This document shows, piece by piece, positions 1-9,827 of a stretch of DNA of 45,651 bases; positions within the stretch are counted from its first letter, which is position 1, and each line of letters starts with the position of its first letter. The position numbers were made by a program, and so were the translations under genes. The stretch is taken from the NCBI GenBank assembly GCA_015491245.1, contig WFWH01000021.1:1-45651 (forward strand), read 5' to 3'. The notes beneath the pieces were generated by a model that did not search any database, was not told the origin of the DNA, and worked only from the letters and a program-made list of their open reading frames with translations. This DNA comes from Patescibacteria group bacterium (GTDB lineage: Bacteria; Patescibacteriota; Minisyncoccia; Phycocordibacterales; UBA12088).

Positions 1-1044
1 AAGATAATATTGCCGGCAACTGCGACATTTTTTGTAGGCATTGCCATTACCCCTGCAGTTGCTCGGGTGTTGTACCGCTATAAGGCATGGAAAAAAGAGA
101 GCGTCCAATACACCACTGATGGTAAAGAAGCCACTATCACCAAGCGCCTGCACGCAGACGAATCCCGTAAAGTGCCGCGCATGGGAGGGGTGGTAGTGTG
201 GTTGAGCGTGCTCATAGTAACTGCAATTCTGTGGCTCGCGGCTGTGTTAGATGGCGCCCTCGCCCATAAATTAAATTTCCTGAGTAGAAATCAAACCTGG
301 CTCCCACTGGTGGCACTCCTCATAGGCGCCGCCATAGGACTTGTAGATGATTTATATACCGTATGGGGAAAAAAGGACCAAAAGGGAGGGGGGCTTTCCT
401 CCAAAAAGCGCCTGCTGTTGGTGGGTGGTGCCGCGTTAGTAATGGCGTGGTGGTTCTACACACGCCTCGGCGTCTCGGAAATTATTATCCCCTACTGGGG
501 ACCATTGGATTTAGGGGTGCTATTCCTACCGTTTTTTGTCGCAGTTATGATAGGCATTTTCGCCGGCGGCGTCATTGATGGGTTAGATGGATTGTCTGGG
601 GGTGTATTTGCTTCCATTTTCGCCGCATACGGATTTATCGCTTTCAGCCAGCAGCAAATTGATCTCGCCGCATTCTCCTTTTCCGTACTGGGAGGCCTCT
701 TGGCGTTTTTGTGGTTTAACATACCGCCTGCACGATTTTATCTCTCTGATACCGGCACCACGGCTCTGGCGCTTTCACTTACCGTTATTGCATTTCTCAC
801 ACGACAGGTGGCGGTGCTTCCCATTATTGCCGCACTGCTCTTTGCCGCGGCGGGTTCCAGCGCTCTCCAACTGCTTTCCAAGCGATTCATAGGAAAAAAA
901 ATATTTATTGTGGCACCCTTCCATCACCACCTACAGGCCAAAGGATGGCCGCCTGAGAAAGTTACCATGCGCCTTTGGATTCTTGGCATTATGTTTGCCT
1001 TTCTTGGTGTTATCGTCGCAGTCACCGGTGTGCCCGCGCCATAA
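1..1044 (+). CDS. mraY: Phospho-N-acetylmuramoyl-pentapeptide transferase (MraY), 5' end probably outside the window
   Basis: Polytopic membrane protein with PRMGG, GLVDD, DGLDGL, FNIPPA..SDTG and APFHHH motifs; frame is open back to position 1; followed by ftsW-murG. Confidence 0.9.
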   Translation, partial: KIILPATATFFVGIAITPAVARVLYRYKAWKKESVQYTTDGKEATITKRLHADESRKVPRMGGVVVWLSVLIVTAILWLAAVLDGALAHKLNFLSRNQTWLPLVALLIGAAIGLVDDLYTVWGKKDQKGGGLSSKKRLLLVGGAALVMAWWFYTRLGVSEIIIPYWGPLDLGVLFLPFFVAVMIGIFAGGVIDGLDGLSGGVFASIFAAYGFIAFSQQQIDLAAFSFSVLGGLLAFLWFNIPPARFYLSDTGTTALALSLTVIAFLTRQVAVLPIIAALLFAAAGSSALQLLSKRFIGKKIFIVAPFHHHLQAKGWPPEKVTMRLWILGIMFAFLGVIVAVTGVPAP

Positions 1045-1110
1045 AACCCAACACTAGCCACTTCTGCAGTACCCACGTCAGCTCCCCCACAGGTTAGCAT
1101 TCGCGCACCC

Positions 1111-2211
1111 ATGCATAGGCGCCACGTAGATCGCATCTTCCTTATCATTACCGTTTCCTTGCTCCTCATCGGATTTTTGATATTCAGCTCGGCCTCCCTC
1201 GGCCTCCTTGCGCGCACGGGGGCACAGTATTCTACCCTCGCAGTTAAGCAATTATTCAGTGTAGGGTTGGGTATTATTGCTATGCTCGCGCTTGCGCGCA
1301 TCCCGTACCGTACCTGGCGCCCCTGGGCCCTCCATATTTTCATAGCTGCCCTGATCCTTTCACTCCTGGTATTCGTACCGGGGTTAGGGTTTACCTACAA
1401 CGGTGCGCGGCGCTGGATTGTGGTCGGTGGCTTTTCACTCCAACCATCCGAATTTCTCAAATACGCTTCTATTATTTTCACCGCCGCGTGGCTGGCAAGC
1501 ACACCGCGTCTGGAGCATCGATATACCAAACGTCTCATTCCTTTTTTAGGTATTATTGGCGCTATCACCGCGGTCCTCTTGCTCCAGCGCGATAGTGGTA
1601 CCTTATTGGTTATCGTCGCCTCGCTTACCGCCATGTACGTAGTCGCAGGCGCCCCATGGCGCGACGTTGGCATCCTCGCCGTAGTGGGCGTAGTGGGTGC
1701 GACTCTCTTGGTGCTATGGCGCCCCTACATCCTGCAGCGCTTTCTCACCTTTTTGGATCCATCCTCAGATCCACTCGGCGCCGGTTACCAATTGCAGCAA
1801 TCTCTCATAGCGATTGGATCTGGTTCTTGGCTCGGTCGCGGTTTTGGCCAGAGTATCCAAAAATTCAATTTCTTGCCGGAACCCATAGGAGACTCTATCT
1901 TTTCTGTTGCCGCAGAAGAGTTTGGATTCCTTGGTGGGCTGTTACTACTTTCACTGTTTGCACTCTTTGCCTACCGCGGTCTTAGTATTGCAATGCGCAG
2001 CCGAGACATCTTTGGTGGACTGCTGGTTGTGGGGATTGTTATAATCATTGTGCTGCAATCCTTCGTAAATATCGGTTCCATGTTGGGTGTACTTCCACTT
2101 ACTGGCGTGCCGCTGTTGTTTATCAGCAACGGGGGAACCGCTATGGTGGGTGCGCTGGCGGGTGTGGGCTTGGTGCTCAGCGTATCGCGTGCTGCGCAGC
2201 GCACACGGTAG
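1111..2211 (+). CDS. ftsW: SEDS-family peptidoglycan polymerase FtsW
   Basis: GARRWI, LQPSEFLK, GYQLQQSLIAIGSG, LPEPIGDSIF..AEEFG, PLTGVPL motifs; lies between mraY and murG. Confidence 0.93.
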   Translation: MHRRHVDRIFLIITVSLLLIGFLIFSSASLGLLARTGAQYSTLAVKQLFSVGLGIIAMLALARIPYRTWRPWALHIFIAALILSLLVFVPGLGFTYNGARRWIVVGGFSLQPSEFLKYASIIFTAAWLASTPRLEHRYTKRLIPFLGIIGAITAVLLLQRDSGTLLVIVASLTAMYVVAGAPWRDVGILAVVGVVGATLLVLWRPYILQRFLTFLDPSSDPLGAGYQLQQSLIAIGSGSWLGRGFGQSIQKFNFLPEPIGDSIFSVAAEEFGFLGGLLLLSLFALFAYRGLSIAMRSRDIFGGLLVVGIVIIIVLQSFVNIGSMLGVLPLTGVPLLFISNGGTAMVGALAGVGLVLSVSRAAQRTR

Positions 2212-2258
2212 CCCCAGTAAGGACAGTGAAGGCGCGGCCAAGGGAACACTAAGATACT

Positions 2259-3404
2259 ATGAAAATTCTTTTCACAGGCGGGGGCACCGGTGGCCATTTT
2301 TATCCCATTATTGCCGTCGCAGAAGAGGTGTTAGCGCTGGCGGAGGAAAAACGGCTTATCGCCCCCGAATTGTTTTACGTGGGGGTGGATCCTTACGATG
2401 AGAAATTGCTCTATGAAAACGGCATCCGCTACCTGCATGCACCCGCAGGAAAGCTGCGCCGCTACCCCTCGCTTAAGAATGTAACCGACTTATTCAAGAC
2501 TGCATACGGGTTTTTCAAAGCGCTCTCTCAGCTGTTCTCCCTCTATCCAGATGTAGTGTTTAGTAAAGGGGGATTTGCGAGCATTCCCACTGTGTTGGCG
2601 GCGCGCGTACTAGGCATCCCTATTGTGATTCACGAGTCGGATGCGATCCCGGGAAGGGCTAACATGCTCGCCGCACGCTTTGCGTACCGTATCGCCCTTT
2701 CATATCCTCAGGCACTGGATTACTTCCCCAAAAAATGGCACGAAAAAATTGCAGTGGTGGGAGTGCCAATACGGAAAGAGATCACCCACCTTCAGCGTGA
2801 AGGAGCGCATGAATTCCTCGGTTTCGTTCCCCACGTGCCTACCCTCTTGATTATGGGGGGATCTCAGGGGGCCAAGCGCATCAATGACACGGTGCTGGAG
2901 GCCCTCCCTGAGCTCGTAGCGCACTACCAGATAATCCATCAAACAGGAAGAGCGCACGAAGAGGAGGTCCAGAAAACCGCGGCGGTCATTCTAGAAAAAA
3001 ACCCCCACAGAGGTCGCTACAAGGCTTATGGCTACCTAGATGATCTCGCGCTTCGCATGGCGGCAGGCGCGAGCGATTTAATCGTGGCACGCGCAGGTTC
3101 TACCACCATTTTTGAGGCTGCGGCATGGCAAAAGCCCCTCCTCCTCATCCCAATCAGCGAAGCGGTATCACGCGACCAAAGAAAGAACGCCTACGCAGCC
3201 GCCCGTGCTGGATTCGCAGTGGTAGTGGAGGAGAACAACCTAACGCCGCACCTTCTTGTATCAGAAATAGCGCGCGTCATTGGCGACGATGCGCTGCGCG
3301 AACAAATGGCGCGTGCAAGTGCACAATTTTACCGCCCGGACGCAGCGCGTAAAATTGCAGAGGTGCTCTTGGGTATTGCTTTGCGGCATGAGCGGTATAG
3401 CTGA
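2259..3404 (+). CDS. murG: Lipid II GlcNAc transferase MurG
   Basis: TGGGTGGH, KGGFAS, HESDAIPG, GGSQGA, RAGSTT motifs. Confidence 0.96.
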   Translation: MKILFTGGGTGGHFYPIIAVAEEVLALAEEKRLIAPELFYVGVDPYDEKLLYENGIRYLHAPAGKLRRYPSLKNVTDLFKTAYGFFKALSQLFSLYPDVVFSKGGFASIPTVLAARVLGIPIVIHESDAIPGRANMLAARFAYRIALSYPQALDYFPKKWHEKIAVVGVPIRKEITHLQREGAHEFLGFVPHVPTLLIMGGSQGAKRINDTVLEALPELVAHYQIIHQTGRAHEEEVQKTAAVILEKNPHRGRYKAYGYLDDLALRMAAGASDLIVARAGSTTIFEAAAWQKPLLLIPISEAVSRDQRKNAYAAARAGFAVVVEENNLTPHLLVSEIARVIGDDALREQMARASAQFYRPDAARKIAEVLLGIALRHERYS

Positions 3405-4833
3405 AAAAGAACACCGAAACACTCGTGAGCGCGCCTGTTTGCCTTCCTCCACGCGCGTACCGCGTCGCGTATGGTGGTGGCCGGTTTGCACGCTCTTTTT
3501 TTTGCTGATGTCCGCGGTTACTTTTCCGCCTGTCTCGTCCCTGTTGCGTGCGCAAGAAAATCAGGTGCAGCTATTGCGCCAGCGAATACTGGAACAAAAC
3601 AAGCGCCTTGCGGAACTGCGTAAGGAAATAGAATCCTACCAACAGCAGCTGATTGAAGTAGAGCAGGAGAAGAAAAGTTTGCAATCTACAGTGTCCGAGC
3701 TGGAGCTCTCCCAAAAAAAGATTGCAACGCAGATACAGATTACCGAAAGCGAAATTAATACCGCCACCCTACAAATACGTGAGTTAGATATCGATATAAG
3801 AGAGAAGGAACTACTTATACGCAACAACAGGGATGCCATCGCCGATTCACTGCGCGAAATGAACGAGTTGGAAGAGGAAACGGTACTGGAAGCGTTACTC
3901 AAGCATGACTCGCTCACCGAATTCTGGGATACACTTGCAAAAATTTCCAATTTTCAGGAATCACTCAAAACGAAAACAGACGCGCTGCGGGCGCTGCGTG
4001 ACGAACTTATACGCACCCGCACCGCCCAGGAGAAAAAACGCCAGCGGCTTGCACAGTTGCGCGCCGAGCTCACAGGGGAAAAAGAAGTACTGGTATCTAC
4101 CCTTACTGAAAAGGCGCAGCTTTTGAAGGAAACCCAGAATGAAGAGGAGCGCTATCAAGCGCTGCTGGAGCGTAAACGGCGTGAGCGCGACAAATTCCTC
4201 GCGGAAATAGCCAGTTTGGAGGCTGAGCTGAATTACGTGCTTAACCCTCGCAGCATTCCTAAAGCAGGGCGCGGCGTACTCTCATGGCCCTTGGAACCCT
4301 CGGTGTTCAATACCCGTTGCGCCTCTCTAGCAAATGCCTTAGGTAACCCCTACTGCATTACCCAATATTTTGGTAATACCGACTTTGCGCGAAGAACTGC
4401 GGCATACCGCGGACAGGGGCATAACGGCATTGATATAGGTGTTCCGCTCGGCACCAAGGTTATTAGTGCCCTCTCGGGCCAGGTAATCGGCACCGGCAAT
4501 ACCGACGAAATACCCGGATGCTACTCGTGGGGTAAATGGATTGTCGTGCGGCACAACAATGGGCTCACCACGCTCTATGCGCACCTCTCGCAAATCTCCG
4601 TGCGCGAGGGGCAAACAGTAAACACCGGCGATCTTCTCGGCTATAGCGGCAATTCCGGCTTTTCTACCGGACCCCACCTGCACTTTACCATTTATGCAAG
4701 CGATGGTATGGTGATACAAAAGCTAGGAGACCTTCAGCGCCAGCAGGGAAGGGGGCGCACCGGCTGTTCTGACGCGCGCATGCCCACGTCCAAGGGATTT
4801 GAAGCGTACCTCAATCCGCTTAATTATCTCTAA
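3388..4833 (+). CDS. Coiled-coil M23 family peptidase (EnvC/MepM-like murein hydrolase or activator)
   Basis: N-terminal hydrophobic segment, long heptad coiled coil, C-terminal HNGID, YAHLS, STGPHLHF motifs with Zn ligands intact; start taken at ATG 3388 (uncertain). Confidence 0.88.
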   Translation: MSGIAEKEHRNTRERACLPSSTRVPRRVWWWPVCTLFFLLMSAVTFPPVSSLLRAQENQVQLLRQRILEQNKRLAELRKEIESYQQQLIEVEQEKKSLQSTVSELELSQKKIATQIQITESEINTATLQIRELDIDIREKELLIRNNRDAIADSLREMNELEEETVLEALLKHDSLTEFWDTLAKISNFQESLKTKTDALRALRDELIRTRTAQEKKRQRLAQLRAELTGEKEVLVSTLTEKAQLLKETQNEEERYQALLERKRRERDKFLAEIASLEAELNYVLNPRSIPKAGRGVLSWPLEPSVFNTRCASLANALGNPYCITQYFGNTDFARRTAAYRGQGHNGIDIGVPLGTKVISALSGQVIGTGNTDEIPGCYSWGKWIVVRHNNGLTTLYAHLSQISVREGQTVNTGDLLGYSGNSGFSTGPHLHFTIYASDGMVIQKLGDLQRQQGRGRTGCSDARMPTSKGFEAYLNPLNYL

Positions 4834-4858
4834 AGAATTAAGCGCGAGCCTGCACAAG

Positions 4859-5110
4859 ATGGAACATCAGGAACAAAAAAAGGAGCTTGTGGTGCAGGAG
4901 CAAAAAGATATGCCACCCGCGTTTTCCAATGCGGTGAATATTACCGTCGCCGATGACGCGGTTTTCCTGCAATTTCTCTACCTGCGCCCTAATACCGATG
5001 CTGCAAAATTGGTAGGGGAGATAGTGCTCACACCCAAGCACGCGATTGCATTCCAGAAATTACTGGAAGAAACTATCAAAAAACACTTTACGCGCCACTT
5101 GGAGCCGTAA
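4859..5110 (+). CDS. Small DUF3467-like protein
   Basis: FSNAVNI..FLQF..EIVLTPKHA..F..LL pattern recalled for DUF3467; 83 aa. Confidence 0.65.
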   Translation: MEHQEQKKELVVQEQKDMPPAFSNAVNITVADDAVFLQFLYLRPNTDAAKLVGEIVLTPKHAIAFQKLLEETIKKHFTRHLEP

Positions 5111-5289
5111 CGAACCCAGGGGTGGGTACGGCATGTACGACACCGCTCATGCGTGGGTGCAGCAATTGGGGAGGGGGTGATCTAGGATAAGCCCGAACCG
5201 ACAGGCTGCCCTGCACAGGCATGCGCAATATTTCTTACCGTGCACCGAATTTGCTTTCCCGACAGGACCAGAAAAGCTGCACACGCACG

Positions 5290-5318
5290 ACAAGCAATAA
5301 ACAATATTGTGCGACATT
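5290..5318. repeat. Degenerate second dif-like site (one conserved arm)
   Basis: ATATTGTGCGACATT at 5304-5318 is repeated exactly at 5667-5681; the other arm is degenerate (ACAAGCAATAA). Confidence 0.5.
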
Positions 5319-5652
5319 AAACTAGCAGCGCGGCGCCAAGGAAGGGTATTGGCCCACTTCGACAGAAAGTATTTACCAGCTCCAAGGCAGAGGGTAAAGA
5401 AAAATGTATGCAGAGAGGGGATATACCGCGGTACAGTGCGGCGGCAGAATCCGGATGCAAATGCGGTAATGAGCGCAGCTGCCACTCACCTGGCGCTGTG
5501 TGATGCACTGGTGCCAACCGCATATCAAGAGGGGGTTTTTGTGTCTCCTTTCCTTCGTGCGCTAGCCGCACTGGAGTAGCGCCTCCTGAGGAAGGTATCC
5601 CTTCTTGGATAGCGATAAGTCGCCACCACCCCTGCCCCGGAGGTGTTGGTAT

Positions 5653-5680
5653 ATGTCGCAAAAGATATATTGTGCGACAT
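5653..5680. other. Putative dif (Xer recombination) site
   Basis: ATGTCGCAAAA-GATATA-TTGTGCGACAT: 11-bp inverted arms (10/11 complementary) around a 6-bp AT-rich core; intergenic, at the point where gene orientation switches from + to -. Confidence 0.7.
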
Positions 5681-5874
5681 TTAATAACCTGTAAAACTGG
5701 CCGTGCCGCAATATGCACAAGGAGCGGCAACGCCACAGATCGCTACTTCCTCCACCCCCCTTCTCGGTTATGGAACGCGACAATGCGCTAAAACACAGAA
5801 AAAGAATGCGCTTAAAACTGCGCGCGCTTTTTATTACGACATTTTTCCGCGTGCTTGCTTGTGGGCTCTCCTTC

Positions 5875-6075
5875 TTAAAATTTCTCCCAGCGCGGATACA
5901 ACGGCGCCACGATAATGAACAGCGCCCCCGCAACAATCCAGAGCCCTGCTTTTTTCCACCACGGCGCCTCTTTGCTTTTCTCTAACTTTGGCCACAGAAA
6001 CGCGAGCGCTACCGCCAGCGGGACAATCATAATGCCCATGATGACCTTGAGTGCCGCATGTAAGATATCACGCAT
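5875..6075 (-). CDS. Small two-TM membrane protein (66 aa)
   Basis: Two hydrophobic segments separated by a basic loop; starts 6 nt after the upstream ORF stop. Confidence 0.65.
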   Translation of the reverse strand: MRDILHAALKVIMGIMIVPLAVALAFLWPKLEKSKEAPWWKKAGLWIVAGALFIIVAPLYPRWEKF

Positions 6076-6080
6076 AGTGA

Positions 6081-6602
6081 TTACCTTTGGACTACTTCAC
6101 CGCCCCAGCATGCAGCTGACGCCCTCCATGGCGCAGTTCCCTTTTGCCGGTAAAGATAGCGCGCATAGGCGAGATTGTCCTCCAGGCGTGTCAAATCCAA
6201 CCCCATACGGCGTGCGGCGGCACCGTGGTAGCGCTCGTTTATCTGCATTACCCCCACATCGCTCGGCACCTTCCTGCCGCGCAGTACCGAACCGTCCGCT
6301 TCAAACTGCCGAAATTCTGATTCGCACGCGGCGATGCGTATCATAATAGGAATATCCTTGAAGTACGCACGCACACGCGCCTCCACCTCTTCGCGAGATA
6401 GGACGCGCTCCCGCGGGCTGCGCGGTGCTCCGCGCGCCATAACAACCTCTGGAGTATACTGGGGATGCAGGTAGGCTCCTTGCGACATCGCCACTGGCGT
6501 GGCCGACGGCGCCGCTCCCTCCCCCGAAAAATTTAATACGGTAAAGAGTAGCAGAGATAAAATAAGCCGTCTGCTAGCTGGTAATTTCGCACACAGAAGC
6601 AC
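6081..6602 (-). CDS. Secreted lysozyme-like / lytic transglycosylase-fold protein
   Basis: Signal-like N-terminus; IAACES (catalytic Glu), GVMQIN, N..YA..LY...G..PW motifs typical of the SLT/Rpf-like fold; start uncertain. Confidence 0.75.
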   Translation of the reverse strand: MLLCAKLPASRRLILSLLLFTVLNFSGEGAAPSATPVAMSQGAYLHPQYTPEVVMARGAPRSPRERVLSREEVEARVRAYFKDIPIMIRIAACESEFRQFEADGSVLRGRKVPSDVGVMQINERYHGAAARRMGLDLTRLEDNLAYARYLYRQKGTAPWRASAACWGGEVVQR

Positions 6603-6665
6603 CGCTGTGGTGCACCGACCTATACAATAATTACCGTGCGCCGCAACGATGAAATCCCGTATACG

Positions 6666-6693
6666 AAAAAACCCAGTACCAATCGGTACCGGA
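6666..6693 (-). terminator. Intrinsic terminator downstream of the ROK kinase
   Basis: Minus strand CCGGTACC-GATT-GGTACTGG followed by G and TTTTTT. Confidence 0.65.
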
Positions 6694-6722
6694 CTTCAGC
6701 GCAAGGATACCATATCTAGGTA

Positions 6723-6751
6723 TTGATTACAATAAAAAAACGTGGTATAAT
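6723..6751 (+). promoter_or_regulatory. Sigma70-like promoter with no sense ORF downstream
   Basis: TTGATT-17 bp-TATAAT with extended TG motif (GTGGTATAAT). Confidence 0.5.
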
Positions 6752-6794
6752 ATGTGTTACGGGTGAGCGCGCAGCGGCGTGTGCGGTGCACAAA

Positions 6795-7637
6795 CTATTC
6801 GGCAATATGGGAACCCGCTAACACCAAAGCGCCATGTAAGCCGCCAAAATCCCCCAGTGCTGCTTTTTTAATTTCGGGGAGATCGGGATAAATAGTGCAA
6901 AGCGCCGCCACATGTGCGGCAACGCGCGCCACTGAAATCGCAGGGTCACCGATCATCATAGACCCCCCGAGCACCACCACATCAGGCGACCAATGCACAA
7001 TTACATTGTTCACCACTACTGCGACCCATTGCGCGAGCTCCTCCCATACGCGCGGATCCTCTATCTCATACGCCTTCCGGCCAAAACGGTTAGCAGTTGC
7101 GGTGCCGGAAATGAGCATTTCCGCCTCACCACGCGTCCCACAGGCGCGGCAGAGGGTGTGGTCTAGGTCAATGATTTGATGCCCGGGTTCAAAATTGTAG
7201 CGTCCGTGGTCAATCGCTCCAGACACAATGCGCGCGCCCCCCACGCCGGTGCTCACTGTGAGATAGGCAACAATGTCATATCCCACCCCTGTACCCATGT
7301 GTGCCTCTCCCAGTCCTACCACACTTGCATCATTTTCCAGCACCACCGGTGCAGCGAGCCGCACTGAGAGGTCTTCAGCGATCTTTCTCCCCTCCCACGC
7401 CGTGAGGTGCGGCGAGGAAAGCAGGGTGCGACGATCGGCACTGAGTACTCCGGGGACACCCCCCGCAGCGACCTGTATTTCCCTTCCCTCGGCCATGCTC
7501 TGCACCGCATCCACCAATGCCGCAATACCATCCTCATACGAAGCGGGAGTACGAAACACCCGCGGAGACCCTATTTCCTTACCGTCGGAAAGGGCGACTC
7601 GGGTTTTGGTCCCTCCAATGTCAAAGAGTGCGTACAT
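6795..7637 (-). CDS. ROK family sugar kinase (probable glucokinase)
   Basis: DIGGTK, ENDA...GE, TVSTGVGG, EPGH, C..CG..G..E motifs. Confidence 0.88.
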   Translation of the reverse strand: MYALFDIGGTKTRVALSDGKEIGSPRVFRTPASYEDGIAALVDAVQSMAEGREIQVAAGGVPGVLSADRRTLLSSPHLTAWEGRKIAEDLSVRLAAPVVLENDASVVGLGEAHMGTGVGYDIVAYLTVSTGVGGARIVSGAIDHGRYNFEPGHQIIDLDHTLCRACGTRGEAEMLISGTATANRFGRKAYEIEDPRVWEELAQWVAVVVNNVIVHWSPDVVVLGGSMMIGDPAISVARVAAHVAALCTIYPDLPEIKKAALGDFGGLHGALVLAGSHIAE

Positions 7638-7654
7638 ATGACCAATTACCGCGC

Positions 7655-9010
7655 CTAAGGATCATTTGAGGTGCGGGATTCTAAAACTTGGCGCGCAATT
7701 TCCTTGTAGCGCTCCACATGAGGCTGATCAAATGCATTTACCTCCAGCAGTGCTCCCACATACATCACCTGTAGCATGAGTATCTGGAGCAACACCCCAA
7801 TCGTATGGGCGTCCCGTGCCCCAAGACGCCAAGTGCAGTACGGCAAGGCGCGCTCGCGATACGCGCCCTGTATCCCCATCAAAATTGCGCGAGAAACATC
7901 CGAGGCGCTACGATCCGCAATCATCTCTACCGCGGTGGGAAATACCCTCCCCTCTTCGGACGGTATGCGCGCCGCGGTACCATCCTCTTCTTCTACGGTA
8001 ACAAACGAGGTCACTTTATCTTTCGGTCCGCCAAGGTACAACTGTCCCACAGAATGCAAATCGGTGGAGCCGACCGAAACAGTAGGGGTAAAGCCCGCTT
8101 CCACCACCTCTCCCCGCACATTGTGTAATTTACCCAAACTCTCGCCCACGAGCTGCCGATACCATTTCCCCACCGACTCTAGCGCAGGAGAAAAAGTGAA
8201 AAAATCCAAAATGCGATGCCCCGACTGATAGGCATGGAAGAGAAATATCGCGCTCTGGTAAGCGCGGTCTTCTTCTTTTTCCCCCTCGAGCGCCATGAGC
8301 GCTTCTTGCGCCCCACGGCGAAGAGACGCAATATCGCACCCTGCAAGCGCAAGCGGCACCAATCCCACCGCGGTAAAAACGCTATAGCGCCCACCCACCA
8401 TAGGAGGGTGCGGCACCACGCACACACCGGCAGCACGCGCCGCCTCCGCGAGAGGGGAGTGGTCCTCACTAATGACCACTACCCTCCCCTTTCCCGCTGT
8501 GCCAAATTTTTCCGTAAGTGCTGCAATGAGCAGCTCTGCGTTGAAAACCGTTTCCGTGGTGTTGCCCGACTTACTCACTACAACCATTACGATTTCTTCC
8601 GGTAGTTGCAGCGCATCGATAAGCGCTTTTCCGCGCGCAAGTGCCTGGGCATCTACGGTATCAAAAAAAACCATCCGAGGGGTGTTGTAGCTATCTTGAG
8701 TGGGAAATTGCGTCGCATGAAATCCACCCAGTGCGTCATATACCGCGCGCGTTCCTAAGTTAGAGCCGCCGATGCCTATCACCACCACGTAGCGCAGAGA
8801 AGACGTGCGCAGCTGCGCCACCGCTTCTTGTGCCTGCGCCGTGTGCGCTTCGTCGTGAGGGGCAAGAAGCGAAGCCTCAGGAGCTTCTCGCTGCCGCGCT
8901 GTATATATCCGCTGGAGCTTTTCTCGGTACCGCTCCATACCTCTGCTCGCTCCGGCAGCTGATATAGTTTCTGCGCCTGTGTCCGAAGAGAAGATTTCAA
9001 GGTTCACCAT
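7655..9010 (-). CDS. pgi: Glucose-6-phosphate isomerase
   Basis: IGIGGSNLG, SKSGNTTET, VGGRYSV, QLVGESLGK, DLHSVGQ, FDQPHVERYK; start at ATG 9010 or GTG 9052. Confidence 0.92.
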   Translation of the reverse strand: MVNLEIFSSDTGAETISAAGASRGMERYREKLQRIYTARQREAPEASLLAPHDEAHTAQAQEAVAQLRTSSLRYVVVIGIGGSNLGTRAVYDALGGFHATQFPTQDSYNTPRMVFFDTVDAQALARGKALIDALQLPEEIVMVVVSKSGNTTETVFNAELLIAALTEKFGTAGKGRVVVISEDHSPLAEAARAAGVCVVPHPPMVGGRYSVFTAVGLVPLALAGCDIASLRRGAQEALMALEGEKEEDRAYQSAIFLFHAYQSGHRILDFFTFSPALESVGKWYRQLVGESLGKLHNVRGEVVEAGFTPTVSVGSTDLHSVGQLYLGGPKDKVTSFVTVEEEDGTAARIPSEEGRVFPTAVEMIADRSASDVSRAILMGIQGAYRERALPYCTWRLGARDAHTIGVLLQILMLQVMYVGALLEVNAFDQPHVERYKEIARQVLESRTSNDP

Positions 9011-9053
9011 ACGATGGAACTTTATGGTAGCTACCGTACTTTCATACTGCACG

Positions 9054-9827
9054 CTACATATCTGCGTTTTTGGACGTTTTTTTTCGGGTACGATGCGTGG
9101 CGGGCAAATCGACGAGAGAGAGCACCAATTGGTGGGCCTCGTGGGCGGAATTCACCACGTGCAGTATGTCTATATCCTTTGCATCTATGGTTTGGTAGCG
9201 TTCCAGGAGCGTGGTGCGGAAAAATTGCAGTAGCGGTTCCCAATAGGCACGCCCCACAAGGATAATGGGGAGATTTTTTATTTTTTTGGTTTGGACCAAG
9301 GTAAGTATCTCAAACATCTCATCGAGCGTCCCAAAACCGCCCGGAAAATAGATGTACACTTCCGAGGCAAATGCGAGCGACACTTTTCGCGTAAAAAAGT
9401 AATGAAAAGATTCTGAGTCCGTAACGTACTGATTGAGATTTTGCTCTTCCGGCAAGAGAATGTTAAGCCCCACAGAAGCGCCGCCGCCCTCACGCGCGCC
9501 GCGGTTCGCCGCTTCCATAATGCCGCCCCCGCCGCCAGTAATAACGGCAAAGCCACTCTCGGCGAGCAGCTTCCCTAATGCGCGCGCTTCGTGGTAGTAG
9601 GGAGAATCTTCAGGCGCGCGCGCCGATCCGAAAATGCTCGCGGCAAGATCGTACTTGCGCAAAAGCTCAAATCCCTGAACAAATTCGGCGATAATTTTAA
9701 AGATGCGCCACGAAGAGACAGTGTCGGATTCGCGATCGCTCAGTATCTCCTCCTCTACGCGGCAACGCCCGCCGTAAGGGCGCACATACTCCTCGCGAGA
9801 ATCATGAGTTTTAAAGATGCGCGGCAT
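9054..9827 (-). CDS. LOG family (TIGR00730-like) nucleotide monophosphate nucleosidase
   Basis: IFGSAR, TGGGGGIMEAANRGA, FFTRK, PGGFGTLDE motifs; start at ATG 9827 behind a TGCTACAAT -10 box. Confidence 0.9.
   Translation of the reverse strand: MPRIFKTHDSREEYVRPYGGRCRVEEEILSDRESDTVSSWRIFKIIAEFVQGFELLRKYDLAASIFGSARAPEDSPYYHEARALGKLLAESGFAVITGGGGGIMEAANRGAREGGGASVGLNILLPEEQNLNQYVTDSESFHYFFTRKVSLAFASEVYIYFPGGFGTLDEMFEILTLVQTKKIKNLPIILVGRAYWEPLLQFFRTTLLERYQTIDAKDIDILHVVNSAHEAHQLVLSLVDLPATHRTRKKTSKNADM

Noticed and set aside
5170-5215. GGGGTGATC..TAGG..GCCCGAACCGACAG resembles part of a c-di-AMP (ydaO) riboswitch
   Set aside because: The 5' conserved elements are missing and there is no downstream + strand gene; an Rfam scan would settle it
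6660-6705. CGCTGAA followed by a hairpin upstream of the transglycosylase-like gene as a c-di-AMP riboswitch
   Set aside because: The remaining riboswitch motifs are absent; better explained as an intrinsic terminator
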